Origin: Candidatus Parcubacteria bacterium
Lineage (GTDB): Bacteria; Patescibacteriota; Minisyncoccia; Minisyncoccales; JAGMDC01
Reading direction: 5' to 3'
Length of the DNA: 64,000 bases
NCBI GenBank assembly: GCA_023131895.1
Contig: JAGLYZ010000002.1
Location: 176,474 to 240,473 of the forward strand
Shown: positions 46,621-55,938 of the stretch, one piece after another
How positions within the stretch are numbered: the first letter of the stretch is position 1
Layout: each line of letters starts with the position of its first letter
Notes under the pieces: generated by a model
Seen by the model: the letters and a program-made list of their open reading frames with translations, nothing else
What the model was told of the DNA's origin: nothing
Databases searched by the model: none
Position numbers and translations under genes: made by a program

Positions 46621-46649
46621 TAATTAAAAACCGGGTATAGCCCGGTTTT
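46621..46649 (-). terminator. Terminator-like hairpin between rpsJ and rplC
   Basis: Minus strand AAAACCGGG-CTATA-CCCGGTTTT followed by TAATTAA. Its function (attenuator or terminator) is unknown. Confidence 0.45.
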
Positions 46650-46677
46650 CTGCCTTGGCCGATATTTTTATTTTATA

Positions 46678-47016
46678 TTACATCTTGATTTCAATTTCTA
46701 CACCAGCTGGAAGAGTCAAACTAGTTAAAGCATCAACAATTTTGGGATTTGGATTAAGAATATCAATCAAACGTTTATGAACCCTCATTTCAAACTGCTC
46801 TCTGCTATCTTTATGAATAAAAGAAGATCTATTCACTGTATATTTATGAATTTCAGTAGGTAAAGGAATGGGACCATAAACTTCAACACCATAGCGCTCG
46901 ACTGTTTCAACAATCTGCCTAGCGCTATTATCAATAACTTTATGATCATAAGCCCGCAACTTAATACGAAGTTTGGACTTAATCTCTTCTTCAACTGCTT
47001 TCTTTTTTGTAGCCAC
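46678..47016 (-). CDS. rpsJ: 30S ribosomal protein S10 (GTG start)
   Basis: [22 protein letters not shown]... Confidence 0.9.
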   Translation of the reverse strand: MATKKKAVEEEIKSKLRIKLRAYDHKVIDNSARQIVETVERYGVEVYGPIPLPTEIHKYTVNRSSFIHKDSREQFEMRVHKRLIDILNPNPKIVDALTSLTLPAGVEIEIKM

Positions 47017-47050
47017 GTTTATTTTAAACTTTTAAGTTCCTGCTTTTGAT

Positions 47051-48250
47051 TTACTTAATAATCTTTGTTACTACTCCAGCACCAACAGTTTTACCTCCCT
47101 CCCTAATAGCAAATCTTTGCTTTTCTTCAAGAGCAACTGGAGCAATTAATTTAATCTTTAAGGTAACCGTATCTCCTGGCATAACCATTTCTGTCCCTTC
47201 TGGCAGAACAACATCACCAGTAACATCAGTGGTTCGAATATAGAATTGAGGCTTATAGCCAGTGAAGAAAGGAGAATGCCTTCCGCCTTCTTCTTTGCTT
47301 AAAATATAAACCTCGCCTTCAAATTCAGTATGAGGTGTTATACTGCCTGGCTTAGCCAAAACCTGCCCCCTTTCAACTTCTTCCTTTTTTAAACCCCTAA
47401 GCAAAATACCAACATTGTCACCTGCCCTTCCTTCATCCAGCATTTTATTAAACATTTCAACGCTTACTACGACTGTTTTCTGAGTAGGTTTAAAACCAAT
47501 AAGTTCTACCTCCTCATTTGGATGCACTACACCTCTTTCAATCCTGCCAGTAGCAACAGTTCCTCTTCCAGCAATAGAAAAAACATCCTCAATAGCCATT
47601 AAAACTGGCTTATCAATATCCCGGACTGGTTCAGGGAAATAATCATCTACTGCTTTGACTAAATCTAAGATGGGTTTTGCTGCCTCTTCATCAACTGACT
47701 TTACCTCTAATGATTTAATAGCTGAACCGCGAATCACTGGAACTTCATCACCAGGAAACTTATATTTCTTTAAAAGCTCCCTTACTTCTGATTCCACTAA
47801 ATCAATTATTTCAGGGTCGTCTACAGTGTCGCATTTATTTAAAAACACTACTATATTTGATAATCCTACCTGACGGGCAAGTAAAATATGCTCTCTGGTT
47901 TGAGGCATAACGCCGTCAGCCGCAGAAACAACCAAAATAGCGCCATCCATCTGCGCGGCTCCGGTAACCATATTCTTAATATAGTCAGCGTGGCCAGGAC
48001 AATCAATATGGGCATAATGCCTCTTCTCTGTTTCATACTCCAAATGAGAAATATTAATAGTTAAGCCGCGCGCTTTTTCCTCTGGAGCAGAATCAATCTG
48101 ATCTACTGCTTTTTCTGAGGCCTTGAATCCCTTTAATCTTAAAATGTGCAGTATAGCTGCAGTAAGAGTGGTCTTGCCATGGTCTACATGACCAATGGTG
48201 CCAATATTAAGATGAGTTTTTCCTCTTTCAAATTTTTCTTTCTCAGCCAT
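47051..48250 (-). CDS. tuf: Elongation factor Tu
   Basis: [18 protein letters not shown] and NKCD GTPase motifs; 399 aa. Confidence 0.95.
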   Translation of the reverse strand: MAEKEKFERGKTHLNIGTIGHVDHGKTTLTAAILHILRLKGFKASEKAVDQIDSAPEEKARGLTINISHLEYETEKRHYAHIDCPGHADYIKNMVTGAAQMDGAILVVSAADGVMPQTREHILLARQVGLSNIVVFLNKCDTVDDPEIIDLVESEVRELLKKYKFPGDEVPVIRGSAIKSLEVKSVDEEAAKPILDLVKAVDDYFPEPVRDIDKPVLMAIEDVFSIAGRGTVATGRIERGVVHPNEEVELIGFKPTQKTVVVSVEMFNKMLDEGRAGDNVGILLRGLKKEEVERGQVLAKPGSITPHTEFEGEVYILSKEEGGRHSPFFTGYKPQFYIRTTDVTGDVVLPEGTEMVMPGDTVTLKIKLIAPVALEEKQRFAIREGGKTVGAGVVTKIIK

Positions 48251-48335
48251 AAATCATTTTAACATCTAAGCATTTTAACATTTTAACATTAATTTTTGTT
48301 AATATGTTAACGTGTTAGTATGTTGTTATAAGATT
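48251..48335. repeat. Family-1 palindromic intergenic element
   Basis: aaatcattttaacatctaagcattttaacattttaacat ... gttaatatgttaacgtgttagtatgttg; abuts the tuf ATG. Confidence 0.8.
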
Positions 48336-48393
48336 ATATTATATATAATATTAAAAATTAAAAAAAAGTCAACCCCCTTTATTGAAAAAAGAG

Positions 48394-48678
48394 TTAAACC
48401 GGCAAATCTTCAATCTTTAATGATTCTTCTGATTGCGGAGTTTTCTCAACTGCCTCTGTATATTCGTTATCGCTCTCTGAATTAAATTCTTGAGCTTCTG
48501 GGATTTTTTCTATAGAACTCGGATTTGATTGCCGGGAAGAAATTCTTTCAGAATTCTCCTCTATTATTTTTTTATAATCTTGAAAACTCATCACCATTAG
48601 CACTGGCTCTCCATTTTCCACAATAATAAACTTTCCTCCATCAATTTTTATTAAATTTTTGATTTCATCTAAATCCAT
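48394..48678 (-). CDS. Small acidic hypothetical protein; N-terminus reminiscent of Phd/YefM antitoxins
   Basis: GKFIIVENGEPVLMVMSFQDYKKI, then a low-complexity acidic tail. Inserted between fusA and tuf. No partner toxin seen. Confidence 0.35.
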   Translation of the reverse strand: MDLDEIKNLIKIDGGKFIIVENGEPVLMVMSFQDYKKIIEENSERISSRQSNPSSIEKIPEAQEFNSESDNEYTEAVEKTPQSEESLKIEDLPV

Positions 48679-48717
48679 AATGGTTTTATATTAGCAAACT
48701 TCTCCCAAAAAATCAAC

Positions 48718-50790
48718 TTATTTTCTCTTTCCTTCAATGATTTCTTGGGCAATGTTTTCCGGAACTGGCTCATAATGGTCAAATTCCATTGTGAAAGTTC
48801 CCCTGCCTTCTGTTAAGGAACGAAGAGAGGTGGCATATCCAAACATTCCAGCCAATGGCACCTTAGTGTTAATAACTTTCATATTTAACCTTTCCTGTGT
48901 TTCTTCAATCTTTCCTCGTCTTGAACTTAAATCTCCAATAACTTCTCCTAGGAAATCTTCAGGGATAACTACTTCTAGCTTCATAATCGGCTCAAGAAGC
49001 ATTGGTTTTGCCCTTTTAGCTCCTTCTTGAAACGCAGTAGAAGCGGCAATTTTAAAAGCTATTTCTGAAGAATCAACTTCATGGAAAGAACCGTCATAAA
49101 GGGTAACCGAAACATCTACTACTGGATAGCCGGCTATCACACCTTTATCTACTGCCTCTTTTACTCCTTTTTCTACTGCAGGGATAAACTCTCTTGGAAT
49201 CGTTCCTCCTTTAATCTCATTAATAAATTCAAAACCTTTTCCTCTTTCTTTCGGAGCTAAACGAAGCCAAACATGGCCATACTGTCCGCGGCCGCCAGAC
49301 TGCCGAATATATTTGCCTTCTGCTTCTGCTTCCGTCATGATTGTTTCTTTATAAGCAACTTGTGGCCTGCCCATTGCTGCATCAACCTTAAATTCTCTTT
49401 TCATTCGGTCGCAAAGTATATCAAGATGCAGTTCGCCCATTCCAGAAATAATCGTTTCCCCTGTTTCTGCATCTGTTTTTATTTTAAAAGTAGGGTCCTC
49501 TTCTGATAATTTCTTTAAAGCCAAACTCATCTTTTCCTGATCATCTTTTGTTTTTGGTTCAATCCTAATGCCAATAACCGGCTCTGGAAAGGTAATCTCT
49601 TCTAATATAATCGGGCTGGACTCATCGCATAGGGTATGGCCTGTACTCGTGTTTTTTAAACCAACTGTAGCGGCAATATCACCGGCGAAAAGTTCATCAA
49701 CTTCTTCTCTTTCGGCAGCATGCATTCTTAAAATCCTGCCTAATCGTTCTTTTTCTCCAGTAAAGGTATTTAAAACATAGGAACCCTTTTTTAAAGTTCC
49801 TGAATAAACTCTGAAATAAGTCAAAGTGCCTACATAGGGATCAGTAGCAATTTTAAAAGCCAAAGCAGTAAATGGTTCGTTGTCATCAGATTTTCTTTCT
49901 ACTTCTTCATTTGTTTTTGGATTCTTGCCAATTATTGGAGGAATATCTACAGGAGAAGGAAGATAATAAATAATAGCGTCTAAAACCTGCTGAACACCTT
50001 TATTTTTCAAGGCAGAACCGCAAAATACTGGAATCAGCTTATAGTCTATTGTAGCCCTTCTCAACACCTCTCTTAATTCCTGCTCTGAAATCTCTTGCTC
50101 AGCTAAATATTTTTCCAAAAGTTTTTCATCTTCACCAGCGATTTTTTCCAGCATTTTCTTTCGCCATTCCTCTGCCTCTTTTTTTATACCATCTGGTATT
50201 TCTTCTTCTACCACTTTCTCGCCAAGATCGCCTTCAAATTTTAACGCTTTCATTTTCAACAAATCAATCACTCCTTCAAGCCTATCCTCAATACCAATTG
50301 GAATCTGCATTGCGCAGGCATTAGGAGAAAGCTTCTGAATAATAGAATAAAAGCTTTTCTCAAAATTTGCGCCCATTCTATCTAACTTGTTTATAAAACA
50401 AATTCTCGGAACTTTGAACTTATCTGCCTGGCGCCAAACTGTCTCTGACTGCGGCTCAACACCAGCCACACCGTCAAAAACAACTACAGCCCCGTCTAAA
50501 ACGCGAAGAGAGCGCTGAACTTCAGCTGTAAAGTCAATATGGCCTGGCGTATCAATGATATTAATTCTATGCCCTAACCAAAAACAAGTTGTGGCCGCTG
50601 AAGTAATAGTAATCCCTCTTTCTCTTTCCTGCTCCATCCAATCCATAATAGCTTCACCTTCATGGACTTCGCCGATTTTATGTGAAATACCAGTATAAAA
50701 AAGCACCCGTTCTGAAACGGTTGTTTTGCCGGCGTCAATATGGGCAATAATCCCTATATCTCTTGTTTTTTCTATTGGATACTTTCGCAT
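48718..50790 (-). CDS. fusA: Elongation factor G
   Basis: Start at [24 protein letters not shown]; [12 protein letters not shown]. Confidence 0.95.
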   Translation of the reverse strand: MRKYPIEKTRDIGIIAHIDAGKTTVSERVLFYTGISHKIGEVHEGEAIMDWMEQERERGITITSAATTCFWLGHRINIIDTPGHIDFTAEVQRSLRVLDGAVVVFDGVAGVEPQSETVWRQADKFKVPRICFINKLDRMGANFEKSFYSIIQKLSPNACAMQIPIGIEDRLEGVIDLLKMKALKFEGDLGEKVVEEEIPDGIKKEAEEWRKKMLEKIAGEDEKLLEKYLAEQEISEQELREVLRRATIDYKLIPVFCGSALKNKGVQQVLDAIIYYLPSPVDIPPIIGKNPKTNEEVERKSDDNEPFTALAFKIATDPYVGTLTYFRVYSGTLKKGSYVLNTFTGEKERLGRILRMHAAEREEVDELFAGDIAATVGLKNTSTGHTLCDESSPIILEEITFPEPVIGIRIEPKTKDDQEKMSLALKKLSEEDPTFKIKTDAETGETIISGMGELHLDILCDRMKREFKVDAAMGRPQVAYKETIMTEAEAEGKYIRQSGGRGQYGHVWLRLAPKERGKGFEFINEIKGGTIPREFIPAVEKGVKEAVDKGVIAGYPVVDVSVTLYDGSFHEVDSSEIAFKIAASTAFQEGAKRAKPMLLEPIMKLEVVIPEDFLGEVIGDLSSRRGKIEETQERLNMKVINTKVPLAGMFGYATSLRSLTEGRGTFTMEFDHYEPVPENIAQEIIEGKRK

Positions 50791-50886
50791 AATTTGCAAT
50801 TATCAATTTTCAATTATCAATGAATTTTCAATGTCTTAATTTTCAAAATAAAAAATTCCTTATATATCATTTATCAAGGAATTCCC

Positions 50887-50915
50887 TTGACAAAATTTTG
50901 ATGGTATGTTATGCT
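50887..50915 (+). promoter_or_regulatory. Promoter of the small membrane-protein cassette
   Basis: TTGACA, 17 nt, TATGCT. GAGGTGA lies 5 nt before the ATG at 50934. Confidence 0.6.
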
Positions 50916-50933
50916 AATTTTGAGGTGATAGAA

Positions 50934-51158
50934 ATGGAAGATGAATACGAAAGCAACAAAAACATAACGTCAGGAATACTGTGGACATCAATCGGAAGTG
51001 CATCCTCTTTATGCTCCACAATAATAGCACTATTGCTATCGAGTATATTTTTAGGGATATTAGCATCGATAATCTTTGGAGCAACGATAGCCATTTTCCT
51101 TACAACAATAGTAGGGATAATAGCGACATTAGAAGAATCATTGAAAGAGGATGGATAG
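50934..51158 (+). CDS. Small two-TM membrane protein (74 aa)
   Basis: MEDEYESNKNITSGILWTSIGSASSLCSTIIALLLSSIFLGILASIIFGATIAIFLTTIVGIIATL. Own promoter, SD and terminator. Confidence 0.5.
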   Translation: MEDEYESNKNITSGILWTSIGSASSLCSTIIALLLSSIFLGILASIIFGATIAIFLTTIVGIIATLEESLKEDG

Positions 51159-51193
51159 AATAGTTCTTTCAAAAAACCAAAAAATATAAAATA

Positions 51194-51228
51194 GGTAGCA
51201 ATCATCGTATTGCTGCCGATTTTTTTTA
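51194..51228 (+). terminator. Rho-independent terminator
   Basis: GGTAGCAAT-catcgt-ATTGCTGCC followed by GATTTTTTTT. Confidence 0.7.
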
Positions 51229-51253
51229 TTTAATTTTGAATTTTGTGCTTAGA

Positions 51254-51502
51254 TTATTGATAATGGTCGTTCACATCAATAATTTCAATTGTATCTTTTT
51301 CTCTAAAAACAAAAATCGCCCGATATTTCTGATTAACTCTAAAACTCCAGATTCTCATTTTTCTTGGTTCAAGAAGTTCTGTTTTTAAACTTGGATGAAA
51401 TGGATTAACCTCAAAGAGGTACTTTTGTTTTTCAAATTTTTTCTCTAGTTTTCTTTTTCTAAGATATTCTTTAATTTCAGAATGAAGGGCAATTATTTTC
51501 AT
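51254..51502 (-). CDS. RelE/ParE-superfamily type II toxin
   Basis: 82 aa; ...PFHPSLKTELLEPRKMRIWSFRVNQKYRAIFVFREKDTIEIIDVNDHY matches the RelE-like pattern. 3-nt gap to the upstream small gene. Confidence 0.65.
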   Translation of the reverse strand: MKIIALHSEIKEYLRKRKLEKKFEKQKYLFEVNPFHPSLKTELLEPRKMRIWSFRVNQKYRAIFVFREKDTIEIIDVNDHYQ

Positions 51503-51505
51503 AAA

Positions 51506-51727
51506 TTATTTAAAGTATGAAGAGCGCTTTAATCCTTTTTCCAAACTCTTTAGAAATTTATCATTATATTTTCCTGTCTCTTTAAAACTCTTAATAATTT
51601 CTTTTGTATCACGAACAGAAGGAGAAGCAAATAAATTCTCTTTCATAATTTCTCGAATATATTCATAACGAAGAGCTTTTTCTAAAAGACTCTGATATTG
51701 TTTTTTTTGAATAGTTATTGTTGCCAT
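51506..51727 (-). CDS. Putative cognate antitoxin (73 aa)
   Basis: Small ORF immediately upstream of the toxin in the same operon. No family recognised. Confidence 0.45.
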   Translation of the reverse strand: MATITIQKKQYQSLLEKALRYEYIREIMKENLFASPSVRDTKEIIKSFKETGKYNDKFLKSLEKGLKRSSYFK

Positions 51728-51851
51728 ATATTTTATATATACTATAAAATTAAAATTTAATCAACCAAAACTTTTACCAGATTAGTAAAAGATATATTAA
51801 AAGTAATACTAATATAAAAGAAAAAATAAAATCTAAAGTTTCCATTATATT

Positions 51852-52313
51852 TTAGGCAAAATGGGCAAATGCTCTATTAGCTTCTGCCATACGGTGCGTA
51901 TCGTGCTTTTTCTTAATGGCCGCTCCTTCATTTTTAGAAGCCACAATTAATTCTTCGGACAGCTTTTCCTTCATTGCTTTTCCTTTTTTTGCCTTAGCGG
52001 CTAAAATAATCCAGTGCATAGCTAAACTTATTTTCCTTTCTCCCCTTACTTCTCTTGGAACCTGATAAACTGCTCCGCCAATCCTTTTTGATTTTACTTC
52101 TAATAAAGGAGAAGCATTTTGAATAGCTAAATCAAAAACTTCCAAAGGCTCTTTTTTTGTTTTTTCTTTAATAATATCAAAAGCGCCATAAATAATTTTT
52201 CTGGCAATTGTTTTTTTGCCTTTACGCATCATCTTATTGATAAACTGGGCAACCATAACATTATCATAAACAGGATCAGGCAATATTTCTCTTTTTTTAA
52301 CTGCTTTGCGCAT
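51852..52313 (-). CDS. rpsG: 30S ribosomal protein S7
   Basis: [21 protein letters not shown]... Confidence 0.9.
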   Translation of the reverse strand: MRKAVKKREILPDPVYDNVMVAQFINKMMRKGKKTIARKIIYGAFDIIKEKTKKEPLEVFDLAIQNASPLLEVKSKRIGGAVYQVPREVRGERKISLAMHWIILAAKAKKGKAMKEKLSEELIVASKNEGAAIKKKHDTHRMAEANRAFAHFA

Positions 52314-52320
52314 AATTTAT

Positions 52321-52749
52321 TTAAGAAGAAGGTGTTTTGCCTTTTTCTTTTTTAGTTCCATATTTGCTTCTTCCTTGTTTTCTTCCTTCAACTCCGCCAG
52401 TATCTAAAAGACCCCTTACAACATGGTATCTTACTCCTGGCAAATCTTTAACTCTCCCTCCCCTAATTACAATCACTGAATGCTCTTGCAGGTTATGGCC
52501 GATGCCAGGAATATAAGCAGTAACTTCCGACCCATTGCTTAATCTAACACGAGCTACTTTTCTTAAAGCAGAATTCGGCTTCCTAGGGGTAACAGTAAAA
52601 ACCTTAAGACAAACACCTCTTTTAAAAGGAGAAGGATATTTTTTAGGCCTATTTTTTAAAACATTGAAACCAAAACTCAAAGCCGGCCTTTTATTGGCTT
52701 TTTTTGTAGTTTTTCTCTTCTTTTTAACTAATTGGTGTATTGTTGGCAT
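52321..52749 (-). CDS. rpsL: 30S ribosomal protein S12
   Basis: Start at [13 protein letters not shown]; [19 protein letters not shown]. Confidence 0.9.
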   Translation of the reverse strand: MPTIHQLVKKKRKTTKKANKRPALSFGFNVLKNRPKKYPSPFKRGVCLKVFTVTPRKPNSALRKVARVRLSNGSEVTAYIPGIGHNLQEHSVIVIRGGRVKDLPGVRYHVVRGLLDTGGVEGRKQGRSKYGTKKEKGKTPSS

Positions 52750-52791
52750 ATTGATGTTTTTAAATTTAACAGATGTTGAAGACAATGTCAA

Positions 52792-53433
52792 TCAGAAAAA
52801 TGGAACGCCGACGATTAAAGCGAATAGATAATTAATCATTGGTATAATCCAATGTAATAAAAAGAAAATAACAAAAAGTAAGATAAATAAACCATATTGA
52901 GCTAAAACAATTTTTAGATGTTCTAATCTTTGAGGTAAAAAAGCAAAAAGAATATGAGAACCGTCTAAAGGCGGAATGGGCAAAAGATTAAATACTGCTA
53001 AAAGTAAATTTACCCAGACAATGAACCCAAAAACAAAAATCAAATTTTGGGAAAATAAACCTGTGCCAAAAGGTAAAAATCTTATTAATAAACCAAAAAC
53101 TAAAGCAAGAAAAATATTAGCTGCCGGACCGGCAAGAGCTGTTTTAGCTGAACCATATTTTTGGTCTCGGAAATTATATGGATTAATAGGAACCGGCTTT
53201 GCCCAGCCAAAAATAATTCCGCCTCCTACAGCCATGCTGGTTAGAATTAAAATACCTGGCACAATGATAGAACCAAATAAATCTAAGTGCTTTAAGGGAT
53301 TTAAGGTAAGCCGGCCTGCATATTTAGCAGTCGGATCTCCTAATATATTCGCCATAGTACCGTGAGCTACTTCGTGAATCACTACAGAAAAAAGAAAAAT
53401 TATAATTATTAAAATTAAAGTTGAAGGATCCAT
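52792..53433 (-). CDS. Site-2 protease family (peptidase M50) membrane protein
   Basis: VIHEVAHG (HExxH) and NLLPIPPLDGSHI. Confidence 0.8.
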   Translation of the reverse strand: MDPSTLILIIIIFLFSVVIHEVAHGTMANILGDPTAKYAGRLTLNPLKHLDLFGSIIVPGILILTSMAVGGGIIFGWAKPVPINPYNFRDQKYGSAKTALAGPAANIFLALVFGLLIRFLPFGTGLFSQNLIFVFGFIVWVNLLLAVFNLLPIPPLDGSHILFAFLPQRLEHLKIVLAQYGLFILLFVIFFLLHWIIPMINYLFALIVGVPFF

Positions 53434-53490
53434 ATTCGCTATCGCTCAAGTTAAAAGTGGAAAATTAAAAATTAAAAATTATATATTAAT
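53434..53490. repeat. Family-2 half element with GC-rich start-proximal box
   Basis: attcgctatcgctcaagttaaaagtggaaaattaaaaattaaaaatt. Same box as upstream of rpsC. Confidence 0.7.
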
Positions 53491-53550
53491 TAGTATAGCA
53501 AATAAACTAACTATTGCCAAATTTATAAAAAGATACTAATATAAAATACG

Positions 53551-53772
53551 ATGGCTAAGCAATGCGCAATATGCGAAAAAAAAGGAATAATGGCTCGGAA
53601 ATTAAACAAGCTTCGCGGCAAGTACAATCCCAGCCCAAAAAAAAGAAAATACCCTAATCTACAATGGGTTAAAGTTCCTATGGACACAGAAAGAAAAGCT
53701 TTTAAAAAATTCGTTGGCAAAAGAATCCTTGCCTGTACCAAATGCATCAAGTCCCTTTCTAAATTAAAGTAA
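53551..53772 (+). CDS. rpmB: 50S ribosomal protein L28
   Basis: MAKQCAICEKKGIMARKLNKLRGKYNPSPKKRKYPNLQ. Confidence 0.8.
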   Translation: MAKQCAICEKKGIMARKLNKLRGKYNPSPKKRKYPNLQWVKVPMDTERKAFKKFVGKRILACTKCIKSLSKLK

Positions 53773-53816
53773 CCCGGAGTGTCGCCCTGATTCAATCCCT
53801 GTCACTCCGATCAACG

Positions 53817-53847
53817 AAAAATACTCGTTTCTACGAGTATTTTTTTA
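53817..53847 (+). terminator. Rho-independent terminator of rpmB
   Basis: ATACTCGT-TTCT-ACGAGTAT followed by TTTTTT. Confidence 0.7.
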
Positions 53848-53881
53848 GTTACTTTGTAGCTGCGTATTTATTAGAGCGAGG

Positions 53882-54145
53882 TCAGACCTCGCCGCCGCTT
53901 ATTTTATTTATCAGCATTTCCAACAAATTTTTTGCTTCTTCCTGGGCTTCGTTTTCAGTTTTGCTTTCAACAAATTTATTCCATTGGTTTAAAATTTCCT
54001 CATCGCTTAAATTTCTGACAGCGTTTTTTAATTTCAGACGAGTTTCAAAATCAACTTCGTTTTCCGCTTTTAACACTTTTTCAATAAAAAATTTTATAAA
54101 ATTCAAAACCCCGAACAATCCTGCGGATTTTACGGAGCCAGGCAC
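53882..54145 (-). CDS. Doubtful ORF or gene remnant
   Basis: No ATG start (GTG inside a GC-rich repeat); helical acidic sequence. Possibly the 3' part of a disrupted gene. Confidence 0.25.
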   Translation of the reverse strand: MPGSVKSAGLFGVLNFIKFFIEKVLKAENEVDFETRLKLKNAVRNLSDEEILNQWNKFVESKTENEAQEEAKNLLEMLINKISGGEV

Positions 54146-54150
54146 GGCGA

Positions 54151-54190
54151 GCGCGAATTACTCTCTCCTTGCCATACACCGAGCTTGCTC
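54151..54190. repeat. GC-rich direct repeat, copy 1
   Basis: gcgcgaattactctctccttgccatacaccgagcttgctc; compare 55502-55544. Confidence 0.7.
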
Positions 54191-54289
54191 CAGTGCTGGC
54201 GTCTCTCGTAATTCACAATTTGTTCAAAAATAGATTTTGTCATCTTAATAGAATTGTATCACATTTTTAGAATTAGAATAACATCTACT

Positions 54290-54553
54290 TTAATTTCTTA
54301 ACCCGTCGGTATTAGCGCAATCGGTTTCGTATTTTTTACCGTCAGACGCTTCTAATTTCAGTCCGTGACAAAATGTCACAACCTCATCACTTTCCTCTTT
54401 TAGTCGTTGTTTTAATTTCCTCCAATATGCTCCCGCATCAACGCTGTTGGTTAATACCTCGCACACATCAACAACCGAAAACCACCATTCATTCTTGTGA
54501 ATAGCTTTTCTCACTTTTTTGCCCTTGAAAATAGCAATTTTAGTATCATTCAT
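54290..54553 (-). CDS. Bro-N/antirepressor-like N-terminal fragment (87 aa)
   Basis: KVRKAIHKNEWWFSVVDVCEVLTNS...YWRKLKQRLKEE resembles N-termini of longer phage-type proteins. Probably truncated. Confidence 0.45.
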   Translation of the reverse strand: MNDTKIAIFKGKKVRKAIHKNEWWFSVVDVCEVLTNSVDAGAYWRKLKQRLKEESDEVVTFCHGLKLEASDGKKYETDCANTDGLRN

Positions 54554-54589
54554 AAATATTTAATTGTTGTAATTAACATAAAAAACCTT

Positions 54590-55018
54590 TTATTTCTCAA
54601 TAAATTTCAAAATATAGCCGCAGTATTTCGCGTATTGTTTAATCGCCTCGTCAACGCTTTTATGAACAATATGCTTATCTAAATTATTATAGTCATGAAC
54701 TACGGCATTTCTAAATCCAGCGCTCTCTGCTATTTCTTTGGCAAAATCTACCGGCAGAACGCCCATATTGGCTAATCGTAAAAATGTTTCCCTGTATTTC
54801 AATGGAGCTTCTAATTTAGCATCACCTGCTTCGGCGATAATGTGTTCGTTAATATCAATCGCCCGACCGATTATCTCCATTAAAAAATTCTTCAAGGCAG
54901 CATATTTCACATAATCTTTAGCAACTTCATTAATGGTTAAACCAGCCATTGCTTCTAATCTATTTAAATCTCGCTGGATATACTCAATTTTTACTTTAAT
55001 AAATTGTTTATTTAACAT
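54590..55018 (-). CDS. HEPN (DUF86) toxin of a HepT/MntA-type module
   Basis: RNAVVHDY (Rx4-6H motif); overlaps the upstream nucleotidyltransferase gene by 11 nt. Confidence 0.75.
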   Translation of the reverse strand: MLNKQFIKVKIEYIQRDLNRLEAMAGLTINEVAKDYVKYAALKNFLMEIIGRAIDINEHIIAEAGDAKLEAPLKYRETFLRLANMGVLPVDFAKEIAESAGFRNAVVHDYNNLDKHIVHKSVDEAIKQYAKYCGYILKFIEK

Positions 55019-55436
55019 AAGCTTCCATTAAATACTTCTGTCTCTTTTTTATGAGCTTTCCTAAAAGATAGAAAAGACTCTGGCTGTCCTGAAAATCGCG
55101 AAACGCATACGCCTTGAAAGAATAATAGTCAATAAGATTTCCATAAAGCAAAACACTATACCGCATCACTTCAAAACGAAACAAAGCATTGATCTTATGC
55201 AAAGATTTCAAATCCAGCTCTCGCTCACGATTATCGCCAAAAATATTCGCTAAATCACCATGGATTTTTAACAATTCCTCAAATTCAATCGGTTTTTTAC
55301 CAAGAACCGCAACGTCTAAATCGCTGCCGGGCTTAATTTTACCAGTAGCGTAAGAACCATGAAGTAAAATCAGCTTTAAATTATATTTTCTGCCAATTTC
55401 TTCAATTTTTTGCTTTTGTTCTTTGGTTATCAACAT
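55008..55436 (-). CDS. Minimal nucleotidyltransferase (MNT) antitoxin
   Basis: Start at MLITKEQ after TAGGAGGG; HGSYATGKIKPGSDLDVAV (GSx10SDxD). Confidence 0.75.
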   Translation of the reverse strand: MLITKEQKQKIEEIGRKYNLKLILLHGSYATGKIKPGSDLDVAVLGKKPIEFEELLKIHGDLANIFGDNRERELDLKSLHKINALFRFEVMRYSVLLYGNLIDYYSFKAYAFRDFQDSQSLFYLLGKLIKKRQKYLMEAYVK

Positions 55437-55501
55437 AATTTTTGTCCCTCCTATATTATAAGCAACAGGCCCCAAAGTAGAACAAGTTCACTACGGGGCA
55501 G

Positions 55502-55544
55502 GCGCGAATTACTCTCTCTCCTTGCCCCGCACCGAGCTTTGCTC
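55502..55544. repeat. GC-rich direct repeat, copy 2
   Basis: gcgcgaattactctctctccttgccccgcaccgagctttgctc. A weaker third piece (gcgattattctctctc) lies near 55737. Confidence 0.7.
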
Positions 55545-55555
55545 TGTGATATTCT

Positions 55556-55687
55556 TTAACTGTCTTCTTGGTAAAAAGTGTATCTAAATTTTTCAAGGGT
55601 TACTAAACCGGCCAAATTTTTTTTGGTAGCTGTCTTCTCAAACTTCTTATTTAAATATTCAATTAACTCGCTAAAATCTTTATTCAT
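55556..55687 (-). CDS. Short ORF (43 aa), probably an N-terminal gene fragment
   Basis: Own translation MNKDFSELIEYLNKKFEKTATKKNLAGLVTLEKFRYTFYQEDS. The stop lies just before GC-rich repeat copy 2. Confidence 0.25.
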   Translation of the reverse strand: MNKDFSELIEYLNKKFEKTATKKNLAGLVTLEKFRYTFYQEDS

Positions 55688-55938
55688 ATAATGATATTAT
55701 AACACAAGGATTGAATAAAACCAAAAAACTCGGTGAGCGATTATTCTCTCTCGGTTTCAGCCCTTACGGGCTGAAAATAATTATTATTTAATTTTTGCAT
55801 CTTACCTATATTATAGCATTTATTATAGTATTATAGTAAAAGCAAATTTTAAAACAAGGAAAAGTTATCCACAAAATAGGTCTTGACAACATATTAACTA
55901 AAAGTAATATAAAGATAAAAGTATAACTACTAAAAAAT

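Noticed and set aside
53523-53795. A 90-aa minus-strand ORF overlapping rpmB.
   Set aside because: The plus-strand ORF is a clear L28 with its own promoter-like box and terminator. The minus ORF is a hydrophobic shadow.
54136-54215. The GC-rich repeat at 54151 as a precise in-frame insertion splitting one small gene (the ORF from 54243 plus 53882..54145).
   Set aside because: Removing the 60-nt segment bounded by GAATTAC/GTAATTC keeps the frame but still runs into the same TAA. The two ORF pieces are in different frames, so no simple restoration exists.
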